Assembly: GCF_009914755.1 (NCBI RefSeq)
Contig: NC_060929.1
Reading direction: 5' to 3' (one strand)
Source of the DNA: the human T2T-CHM13v2.0 reference genome, Homo sapiens
DNA: 64,000 bases
Below are positions 1-10,988 of this stretch, in pieces. The notes under the pieces were generated by a model that ran no database searches, was not told where the DNA came from, and saw only the letters and a program-made list of their open reading frames with translations. Position 1 is the first letter of the stretch. Each line of letters begins with the position of its first letter. The position numbers and the translations under genes are program-made.

Positions 1-164
1 TTGTGCTAATTGGTATCTCTCTCACAGTACCTTCAACATAGAGCATATATGTCTCATAGATCTATATTATATAAAATAATTATTTCGTTTAAATAACATA
101 ATATGAAAAGCCCCAATTTACTGTATAGTATCTACATCTGGAAACTTCAGCTGCCTAAATACTT

Positions 165-570
165 TTCTTTTTCTTAAATTTTTTGAAGTATAATATACAC
201 ATGAAGGACATACTTTGTAAGTGTAAGGCTGGATGAATTTTCACTAAGTGTTCATACTAGTGCAAAAATTGCCTAGAAAAATAGACCATTTTCAAAAACC
301 CAGGAATTTTTCTCATGTCCCCTTCAGTCTCAGCCCCCAGCAAGTACAACTACTATCCTGATTTCTATCACCAGAGATTAGTTTATACCTATTTTTGAAT
401 TTATGTAAGTGGAATTATAAAGCATGAATACTGTGTCTGGTGTTTTGTTTGGTAAATACTGTTTCCAAGGTCCATTTATGTTGTCTATAGTTGCAGATCA
501 TTTTCATTGCTACATAATACTCCATCATTTTCATATATCTAAATTGAAAGTATTATTTATTATAATATCT
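165..570 (-). mobile_element. Old L1 3' end fragment (L1ME-like)
   Basis: T-rich start, then degenerate antisense L1 3'UTR motifs (GGATGAATTTTCAC, ACTATCCTGATTTCTATCACC, GTGGAATTATA). Confidence 0.6.
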
Positions 571-833
571 TATTCTCTTGAACTTTCTATGTTAAGCATT
601 TTGAGCCTCAGAGGTCTTGAAGGTTAGGAGAATCTCATAAAAAATTTGCCTTGCAAATACACACTAACAAATTAATCTCCACCCTTGTTCAACTTTAACC
701 TATAACTTGTATACTAAATTCCTAAATCTTTCAACCTTTCTAAGATACTTCAGAGTCATATGACTTTCTTACTACCTATCCCACTTAGAGATCTCAAAGG
801 CCTATGTAAATTCACAGACATGATCCAAAGTTT

Positions 834-2201
834 TGTGTCCGGAATTGGTGGGTTCTTGGTTTCGCTGACTTCAAGAACGAAGCCGCAGACCCTCGCGGTG
901 AGTGTTACAGTTCTTAAAGATGGTGTGTCCGGAGTTTGTTCCTTAACTTGTTCAGATGTGTCCAGAGTTTCTTCCTTCTGGTGGGTTCGTGGTCTCGCTG
1001 ACATCAGGAGTGAAGCTACAGACCTTCTCGGTGAGTGTTAACAGCTCTTAAAGGCGGCATGTCAGGAGTTCATTCCTTCCAGTGGGTTTGTGGTCTTGCT
1101 GGCTCCAGCAGTAATGCTGCAGACCTTCCCAGTGAGTGTTACAGCCCTTTAAGGCTCTCGCAGACCCAGTGAGCAGCAGCAAGATTTCCTGCAAAGAGCA
1201 AAAGAACAAAGCCTCCCAGCTACCCAAGCAGGTTGCTGCTGCTCACTTGGGCAGCCTGCTTTTATTCCCTTATCTGGTCCCACCCACATCCTGCTGATTG
1301 GTCCATTTTACAGAGAGCTGATTGGTCTGTTTTGACAGAGTGCTGATTGGTGCGTTTACAATCCCTGAGCTAGATACAGAGTGCTGATTGGTGCACTTAC
1401 AATCCTCTAGCTAGATATAAAAGTTCTCCAAGTCCCCACCAGATTAGCTAGATACAGAGTGCTGATTGGTGCATCCACAAACCCTGAGCTAGACACAGAG
1501 TGCTGACTGGTGCATATACAACAATCCTCCAGCTAGACATAAAAGTTCTCCAAGTCCCTACCCCACTCAGGAGCCCAGCTGGCTTCCCCTAATGGATAAC
1601 GCCACGGACCCCGGAGGCCCGTCAGTCTTGTGCCAGCGCCAGTGCGCTGGCACTCCTCAGCCCTTGGGCAGTCGATGGGACTGAGCACCGCGGAGCAAGG
1701 GGTGGCGCTCCTTGGGGAGGCTAGGGCTGCGCGGAGCCCACTGGGGGTGGGGGGGCGGGTTCGGGCATGGCGGGCTGCAGGTCCCGAGCCCTGCCCCATG
1801 GGGAGGCGGCTGAGGCCCAGAGAGAATTCCAGCGTGGCCCGCGGACCCTGCGCACCCTCCGCAGCTGCTGGCGCAGGTGCTAAGCCCCTGCCTGCCCGGG
1901 GTGGAGGCCCCGGCTGGCCGCTCGGAGTGCGGGGCCCACGGAGCCCACACCCACCCGGAACTCGTGCTGGCCCAGGAGCGCCACGCACAGCCGCGGTTCC
2001 TGCCCCTGCCTTACCCTCCACACCTCCCCCGCAAGCAGAGGGAGCTCAGAGGGAGCCAGCTCTGGCCTCCGCCAGCCCAGAGAGGGTCCCCCACAGCGCA
2101 GTGGTGGGCTGAAGGGCTCCTCGAGCATGGCCAGGGTGGACACTGAGGCCGAGGAGGCGCCGAGAGCGAGCTGATGGCTGCTAGCACGTTGTCACCTCTC
2201 A
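834..2201 (-). mobile_element. Solo LTR12 (ERV9/HERV9 LTR, LTR12C/D/E-like)
   Basis: Minus strand begins TGAGAGGTGACAACGTGCTAG and ends CCCACCAATTCCGGACACA; 4-bp TSD GTTT at 830-833 and 2202-2205; GC-rich U3, CCAAT repeats, three U5 repeats. Confidence 0.95.
1259..1545 (-). promoter_or_regulatory. LTR12 enhancer/promoter: CCAAT (NF-Y-type) repeat array and AATAAA TATA-like box
   Basis: ATTGG at 1297, 1321, 1346, 1387, 1465 within GTGCTGATTGGTGC-type repeats; minus-strand AATAAAAG at 1259-1266. Activity cannot be seen from sequence. Confidence 0.7.
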
Positions 2202-2551
2202 GTTTTGCACATACAACCAGTATAAATTTATAGATCACTAGTAATCCTACTAGCAACTATGAGGCTAGAACTTTGGACAGCAGTGCAAACCATTGACAAA
2301 AGCTCTTGCTCTAAGCAAACTCCTATAGTATTCTACTTTCTTTGCACACATTGTAGCCATTTGCACAAAATCAATACTCAGCTAAAGTTTGGTGATTTAA
2401 ATTAAATTTGGTCATTTCAACAAAATTGGAAATTATACAGAATGCATTAATTCAATTGATGACTTTAAAATATCTCTAGTTTTGTAGAAAATAATTATTA
2501 ATCAAAATTATATCTAGCATACAAATGTCCCTTTTCGGATAGGTCTAAAGC

Positions 2552-2710
2552 CAGTACTGCTTAATTTCTTTCTTAAGGAGCAATTTGAGAATATAGTGAA
2601 AGCTGTGGACCTTCTTAGAAAAATTCTGATGAATTGTATTTTTCCACAGAACTCTTGTGGGCCCATCTAGAATTCTATGAGGTTTCTGTAGACTCAGTAT
2701 TAAGAAACTG
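2552..2710. mobile_element. hAT-Charlie MITE (Charlie4z-like)
   Basis: CAG...CTG ends; TTTGAGAATATAGTGAAAGCTGTGGACC core resembles recalled consensus. Confidence 0.5.
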
Positions 2711-2786
2711 TATTCTAAACATATTTGACGTCAAACATTTATTGAATAACTAAATGCCAGAGAATGTGCTATTTGTCACTTTTTGG

Positions 2787-3004
2787 CATGCATTCACTAT
2801 GAGGGTTATATTGCTCCCAAGGGAATAACAAATTTGTTTTTGGAAGGTGAAAAATACTTACTATTTTAATGTATAATGCACAGAAATACACACGGTACAT
2901 TGACTGATAATATACCTGTGGTATTAAAATTTATAGATAAAGCAATTTTTAAAATGTCTAAAATGCCTCCTTATAGGGCAATTAGGAAAAATTGAGAAGA
3001 GCTG
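2787..3004. mobile_element. hAT-Charlie MITE (MER112-like)
   Basis: CATGCATTC...TTGAGAAGAGCTG ends; CTGTGGTATTAAAATTT and AAAATGTCTAAAA internal motifs. Confidence 0.5.
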
Positions 3005-4410
3005 CTCAACAGCAATTTGCGTTTGTGGGACTTTAACATCAATAGATCAGGGAAACTTGGAGTGGAAGAGGATCCACATATAAAAGAGTTTCCTGGATAT
3101 ATTAATTATATATCCAGTACCTAGTATGATGTTTGCCGGCCTAATACACAGAACTGCTTCTCATTCCATAGAAATTTCACTGGAAATGGGAAGGTCAAAA
3201 GGACTACTGAAAAATCACCAGCTGGCAATAATAATGACAATTTTTCTTGCCATAACCTGTTATTTTGAATTATGTAGGCCTTAGAGTTACTTCTTGATGT
3301 TAAAGCCAGGAAACTAGATGAGAATCTCAAATTCTCCTTTTGTTTGTTTGAAGCAAAACATATTTAAAGCAAGATCTTGCAGAACATGATCAGAATACAT
3401 TATAGTGCATATTATTATTACATTCAATCATTAGTCATCCAAATTAATTTGTTGATAATAGTACAGATTTTTAAATTTAATATTGAAAAATACGTAAAAA
3501 ATTTACAACAAATCGCTATGTAGATGATTAAAAGTTTTTAGTGATTTTATACTTATCAGAGTCTTAATGACTGCTTCTAGGCAATTTGACCCCTTCAGGA
3601 AAAAGTACTGTTTATAGTGAATCAAATTAATGTTATAAAATACTAATGATTTAACATTTCAGAATACAATAGTTTTTTCATTTATATAAGCCAATCTTTG
3701 TGGATGTGGTTTTCACTAAGTAGTCGTGACTTTTTAACAACAGAAAGTCTAGGAGAGCAGAATCCTTTTGGTTTCAGTTGATGACTCATCAGAAACCTCA
3801 CCATGTCCACTGGTTAAAAAAAATTATCATCACAATATTTCAATACTTACTGCTTCTGTAAGCACTTGGGTGTGAATCCTGCTATAGTCAGATCTCTCTG
3901 GTTTAAGAGGTACTATAACTTTTGCTTTCTTTACTGATCATAGACTGCAATTCTAATTATATTCATCCACCTAACAAATGACAGCACAAAATGAAGCAAG
4001 AGAATGGAGATCAGTCAGTATAAATTTGTATTACCATTGTCAGGTGGTAGAGTGAGGGGAACTCTATTATAATAACTAAATAAAGCTCCCAAGGGCAATG
4101 ACTGAGTTGTAGTCATCTTTGGCTCTCTAGTTACTCCTATGGAAAGACCTCAATCAAAGTTTGAGGATATTAATTTGGGTAAAAATTATAAAATTATATA
4201 GGTATGAAATTATAATACCTAACATTTGTCTAGGGATGTAGAGCTTATATGCATTAAGTCATTTCCACTGAAAACAATTACCTGAAGTCAGTATTGTTAG
4301 CCTTGCCATGTTTCACATCCAAGAAGCTTCATCAACGAATAGGAAAGACAGTGAAATATTTTTTAAGCTAGAATCTTCAGTTATCATGAGCTAATGGGTA
4401 TTAATTAAGC

Positions 4411-4507
4411 AAGGCCAGAACTAAAGTGAAGCATGAAAGGTCCCTAGGGTGTAAAAGCTAAAGAGGCACTAACTCTCAGGGTCTTGAAGGGCAGGGTACT
4501 GGTCCTG
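4411..4507. mobile_element. Short hAT-type MITE remnant
   Basis: CAAGGCCAGAACTA ... GTACTGGTCCTG imperfect terminal inverted repeats; GAGGCACTAACTCTCAGG core. Confidence 0.35.
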
Positions 4508-5125
4508 ATTCTAACAATAAAACAACCCTGTGTTTCATGACACATAGCAAGGGTATTAGCAGTTGATGGAGAGAGCAAGTCTGAAAACATCGTCTTTGTC
4601 CCCCAGCCAAAAATATTTTTATTACAGCGATCTTACATGATGGTTTTATTTTCTTGCCTTTATTTATTATTATTTTAGTTTGTTGTTAATTGGCACCTTG
4701 TTATATAAAATACCTGTCTGTTAGCCTTCGATAAACTTTCTAGAGATTTTTCTGCTGTCTTGGCGCTAAGAATATGCTTAGATAGAACATTTCCAAAAGT
4801 GTGGGACAGATATCAGTGATTTAAAGGGTAATTTTAGGTGGTACACATATATAAATATGCACACACAACACTAAATAATGTCAAATAACGCAAAGAAACA
4901 ATTCCTTTCGTCCTTTTATTTAGGCCAAATACAAAGCCTCACAAAAGTGTTACTGTATTTTTTACTTAAAGTTCTCTAAAACTTAGTAACTTGTTTTCAA
5001 CAAAGGATGGACCTCAGGGTCAGTCTTTGGCAAAGGCATGAAGATCACATTTAAAATGCTTTCTATATGCTTTTGTATAGCTATTTTCAGATTGATATTA
5101 AGTTCCTTAGAAATACATGTATTTA

Positions 5126-5433
5126 GGCCGGGTGTGGTGGCTCATGCCTGTAATCTCAGCACTTTGGGATGCTGAAGCAGGTGGATCACTAGGCCAGGAG
5201 TTCAAGACCAGCCTGGCTAAGATGGTGAAACTCCTTCTCTACTAAAAATACAAAAATTAGCCAGGTGTGGTGGCAGGCACCTGTAATACCAGCTGCTCGG
5301 GAGGCTGAGGCAGAGAATTGCTTGAACCCAGGAGGCAAATGTTGCAGTGAGCAGAGACTGCACCACTGCACTCCAGCCTGGGGGACAGTGAGACTCCATC
5401 ACAAAAAAACAACAACAACAACAACAACAAAAA
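5126..5433 (+). mobile_element. AluS (AluSg-like), full length
   Basis: Dimeric Alu with (AAC)n tail; TSD AGAAATACATGTATTTA / AGAAGTACAGGTATTTA. Confidence 0.95.
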
Positions 5434-6414
5434 AGAAGTACAGGTATTTAAATTAAAAACTAGTAAAATCACTAAATAATATTACATATGGTGTAGGGAT
5501 TTAAAAAACAAAATTCTTATCTGAAGATTTGAGTTTTGGAGAATTATGCTTAGGTACATTGCTAACCTCTAGTGACTCAGCATGAATAGATAAGAATGTA
5601 AAATACACGTAAATTCTTCACACCATGTAAGATGTAGGCAACTATAGTTCAATGCCAAAGGAGGCTCAGCAGATGTGATGAGTCAAAATGGAAGGCAAGT
5701 TATTAGTATATATGACCCTTTCCATAGTTTAATAAATTATGAATATTCAAGAACTGAAAATACACTATCAAGGAAAACAAAGGGCTGAGAGAGAGATAAC
5801 AGGGCAAGAAAAGTTTGACTTTAAGCCTCTACCTTTTAAATAAAGTGTTACAGTATAACTCAGCCAGGTTTCAATCATCTCCATTTAAGCATCTCTTTTT
5901 ATTTGTTATCAATCAGGTCAAAATGTGGTAGAAAAAGTATTAAATTCTATGCATGATTCCCATAGAAAGCAATGAATCAATATTTTAATGTTTTATACAG
6001 GTTATAAAAATGTAAATGATAAAAGTTCAATTTTTAAATAAAGTTCAATTGTATTTTTATTCCTGTATTTAAAAATATTTGAAGAGAGTTATACATACTT
6101 TAAAATTCTGACATAAATGTAACTGGCTCTAATTTTTTAATACTATGTCTTGAAAAGTTACAAATTATATGTAATCTTTTAGTTCTGTACTTAACAGTGG
6201 AAGAAAGTGTAATGTTTTGAAATAAGAAATGTCATCATTTAGAATAACTTTTAATAAATTTATATATTTTATAACACATGAAGACTCATTAAACGTTGAA
6301 TCCTGGGGATTCAAGTTTTAAAATAATTAGTAATTTATCTTATAGAAAAAAATGAATTAATTGCTTTTTTCCCACAGAACATTCCCAATGGGCTGATTAG
6401 TTTTATTATTTTCT

Positions 6415-6567
6415 CCCCTTCCCCTTCCCCTTCCCCTTCCCCTTCCCCTTCCCCTTCCCCTCCCCTCCCCTCCCCTTCCCCTTCCCCTCCCCTCCCCTCC
6501 CCTCCCCTCCCCTCCCCTCCCCTCCCCTCCCCTCCCCTCCCCTCCCCTTCCCTTCCCTTCCCTTTCC
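6415..6567. repeat. (CCCCTT)n/(CCCCT)n/(CCCTT)n polypyrimidine tract
   Basis: About 150 bp of C/T-only simple repeat. Confidence 0.97.
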
Positions 6568-6847
6568 TTTTTTTGTTTTGAGACAAGGTTACACTCCCAT
6601 AGCCCAGGCTGGAGTGCAACAGCACAATTTCAGCTCACCTCCCAGGCTCAAGTGATTTTCCTGTCTCAGCCTCCTGAGTAGCTGGGACTATAGGTGTGCG
6701 CCACCTACCCGGCTAAATTTTGTATTTTTTGTAGAGAAAAGCTTTTGCCATGTTGGCCAGGCTGGTCTTAAACTCCTGGTCTCAAGTGATATGCCCACTT
6801 CAGCTCCCAAAGTGCTGAGATTCCAGGCTTGAACCACTGGGCCTGGC
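6568..6847 (-). mobile_element. AluJ-like element
   Basis: Diverged antisense Alu; TSD TTATTTTCT at 6406-6414 and 6848-6856. Confidence 0.9.
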
Positions 6848-7189
6848 TTATTTTCTAGGTGTAAAAAGTCTGTTACTCACTTCTCAGTGGCCTCCATTTT
6901 TGACTGTGATAGTCATGCAGGACATACTCATCTTAGGTACCTATGTATAGTAAGTGGAGGTGATCCTTTACATGAATTTTGTAAAGTGTTGGATAAATTT
7001 CCTAAATAGTTGAACCTAAAAATAATACTATTTTTATAATACTATTTTTATTTTACTATTTTACTATTGTTATGTGAAATAATAAAGTTATCCATTTTAA
7101 TATATGCATATTACTAGTTGACAAACTATGTAGACTATCTAATGGACTCTGAAAACATTTAAAGAATATCCTGGCTGTCCTGCCTATAG

Positions 7190-7288
7190 CTCTACCCTCA
7201 AATCCTAGTACAATGCCTGGTATATATTAGAGATATACTTACTACATGAATAAATGGATGGATGGATGATGAGTGAATGAATGAATGG
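7190..7288 (+). mobile_element. L2 3' end
   Basis: CCTAGTACAATGCCTGG followed by (TGGA)n/(TGAA)n tail. Confidence 0.6.
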
Positions 7289-8409
7289 CTTTACTAAAAA
7301 GACTCAGGATAGTTTCACGTGCTGTATGTACTACATTAGAGGTGGTTGATTATAGTGGTTAAGACAGGAGCTTTGTTCAGTTGCTTAGTTGTGCCAACTA
7401 CTAGGAAGGGTTATACCTATGGTGAAGAAGTCTTCCCAGAATATTATCTTGAAAACAACTTCTGCCTTGAGTGATACCATTAGATATTCTGAGTAACACC
7501 ATTAAACATCTTGGCAGCAGCTCTTTACAGGCATTTTTAAATTAATCAGTTCATGTCCATTATTGTGTACATTTTTCTACTTTATATTCATTGATTTATT
7601 TGAGGGCATGTGTTTGGATTTATGCCTACTCTTTTTCCACAGACCTTCCATTTTATTTTAAATTTTCTTAAATTTTTAATTATTAGGAGTATATAATAGG
7701 TATATATACATATTCATGGAGTACATGTGATGTTCTAATACAGGCATACAAAGTGTGATAATCACATCAGGGTACTCAGGGTATCCATCACTTCAAGCAT
7801 TTATCATTTTTTGTGTGTTAGGAACACGCAAATTCTACTCTTAAAGTTATTTATAAATATATAATAATTATTCACTGTAATCATCCTGTCATGCTATCAA
7901 ATACTAGAACTTATTCATTCTGTCTGTGTATTTGCGCCCATTAACTAATTCCACTCCCTGCCCAGTTCCTGACCTGCTACTTTTCTCAATCTTTGGTAAC
8001 CATCATTCTACTCTCTATCTCAATGAGTTCAATTATTTTAATGTTTAGCTCCCACACATGAGTGAAAACATGCAAAATTTGTCTTTCTGTGCCTGGCTTA
8101 TTTCAGTTAACACAATGTCCTCAAGTCCCATCCATGTTGCTGCAAATGACAGCATCTCATCTGTTTTTATGACTGAATAATATTTCACTGTGTATATATA
8201 CTACATATATATCCATTCATTCACTGATGGACACTTAGGTTGTTTCAAATCTTGGCTATAGTGAATAGTGCTGCAATAAACATGGGAGTGCAACTGATTT
8301 CTTTTCTTTTAGGTATATACCTAGAAATGAGATTGCTGGAGTGTTTTGAGGAACTGTCTTACAGTTCTCCACAGTGGTTGTACTAATTTACATTTCCACC
8401 AACAGTGTA

Positions 8410-8659
8410 TGATATGGGTTGGCTGTGTCCCACCCAAATCTCATCTTAACTTGTAGCTCCCATAATTCCCACGTATTCTGGGAGGGATCTGGTGGGAGGC
8501 AATTGAATCATGGGGTCCAGTCTTTCCTGTGCTGTTCTCTTGATAGCGAGTAAGTCTCATGAGATCTGTTGGAAATATGAGTCGATTAAACCTCTTTTCT
8601 TTATAAATTGCTCAGTCTCAGGTATGCCTTTATTAGCAGCATGAGAACAGACTAATACA
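8410..8659 (+). mobile_element. THE1 (MaLR) solo LTR with internal deletion
   Basis: TGATATGGGTTGGCTGTGTCC...GACTAATACA; 5-bp TSD GTGTA on both sides; only 250 bp. Confidence 0.93.
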
Positions 8660-10647
8660 GTGTACAAAGGTTCCCCTTTCTCTACATACTCACCAGCATT
8701 TGTTATTGCCTGTCTTTTGAATGAAAGCCATTTTAGCTGGGGTGAGATGATATCTCATGGTAGTTTTAATTAGCATTTATCTTATGATTAATCACTTTGA
8801 GCATTTTTAATATACCTTTTGGCAATTTGCATGTCTACTTTTAAGAAATGTCTATGCAGATCTTTTGCCCATTGTTAAATTGGATTATTTGATTTTTCCC
8901 CATCAAGTTGTTTGAGCAATTTACATATTATGGTTATTAATACCTTGTCAGATGGGTAGTTTGCAAATCATTTCTCCAATTCTGTGGGTTGTCTCTTCAC
9001 TTTGTTGATTGTCTCATTTGCTGTGCAGAGGTTCTTTAACTTGATGTGAAAGTTAATCTGTCCATTTTTGCTTTGGTTTCCTGTGCTTTTGAGGTATTAC
9101 CCACAAAAATCTCTACCCAAACCAATGTCCTCCAGTTTCATCAATGTTGGCTTTTAGTCATTTCACAGTATGAGGTATTAGATTTAAGTCTTTAATCCAT
9201 TTTTATTTGATTTTTGTGTACAGTGAGGGAGAGGAGCCTAGTTTCATTCTTTTGCATGTGGATATCCAGGTTTTCCAGCACCATTTATTGAGGAGACTGT
9301 CCTTCCCCGCAATGTATGTTCTTGGCATCTTTATAAAAAATGAGTTCACTGCAGGTGTGTGGATTTCTTTATGGGTTCTCTATTCTTTTCTACCAGTCTA
9401 TATGTCTGCTTTTATGCCAGTGCCATGTTGTTTGGGTTATTATAACTCTGTAGTATAATTTAAAATCTAGCAATGTGATTCCTACAGTTTTGTTCTTTTT
9501 GCTCAGCATGGCTTTTGCTATTCTGGGTTTTTTGTTGTTCCGTAAAAATTTTAAAATTATTTTTTTCTATTTCTGTGAAGAATGTCATTGGTATTTCAAT
9601 GTGAGTTGCACTAAATCTGTAGATGGCTTTGGGTGGTATGGACATTTTAACAATATTAATTCTTCCAATACATGAACATGAAATATCTTTTCATTTTTAA
9701 TATCCTCTTTATTTATTTAATCAGTGTTTTATAATTTTTATCATAGCAATCTTTCACTTCTTTGGTTAAGTTTATTCCTAGGTATTTTATTTTATTTGTA
9801 GCTATTGTAAATAAGATGACTTCATTTCTTTTTCAGATTGTTTGTTGTTAGCATGCAGAAATGCTACGGATTTTTGTGTGTTGATTTTGTATCCTGCAAC
9901 TTCACTGAATTTGTTTATCAGTTCTAATAGTTTTTGGTGGAATCTTTAGGCTTTTCCAAATAAGATCACATCATCTGCAAACAAAGATAATTCAGTTTCT
10001 TCCTTTCCAATTTGGATGCCCTTAATTTTTCTCTCCATCTAATTACACTGGCTAGAACATCCAGTGTTATGTTGAATAACAGTGGTGAAAGTGGGGATTC
10101 TTGTCTTGTTCCAGATCTTAGAGGAAAGGCTTTTACCCATTTCAGTATGATACTAGCTGTGGGTCTGTCATATATGGCTTTTATCATGTTGAAGTAAATT
10201 CCCTCTATACACAGTTTTTTTTTTTAGAGTTTTTATCATGAGGGTGTATTGAATACTATCAAATGCTTTCTCAGCATTGATTGAAATGAACATATAGGTT
10301 TTATCCTTCATTCTGTTGATATGACGTGTCACATTGATTGATTTGCATATGTTGAGCCATTCTTGCTTCCATGGGGTGAATCCCACTTGGATCTTTTTAA
10401 CGTGTCATGGAATTTGGTTTGCTAGTATTTTGTTGTGAATTTTTGCATTCGTGTTCATCAAGGATATTGGCCTATAGTTTTCTTTTTTGGATGTGTCTTT
10501 GTCTGGTTTTGGTATCAGAGTACCAGAGTCTGGAAGTGTTCCCTCCTCCTCTATTTTTTGGGATAGTTTGAGTAGGCATGGAATTAGTTATTTAAATGCT
10601 TATTAAAATTCAAAAGTGAAACTATCAGGTAAAAACATTCAATTTGG

Positions 10648-10988
<341 letters not shown>

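Noticed and set aside
1533-2256. Overlapping 81-162 aa ORFs on both strands
   Set aside because: They lie in or start at the edge of the GC-rich LTR12 U3, where stops are rare; low-complexity A/G/P/R products with no recognisable domain.
6335-6625. 96-aa ORF with GEGRG repeats
   Set aside because: Translation of the Alu end and the simple-repeat tract.
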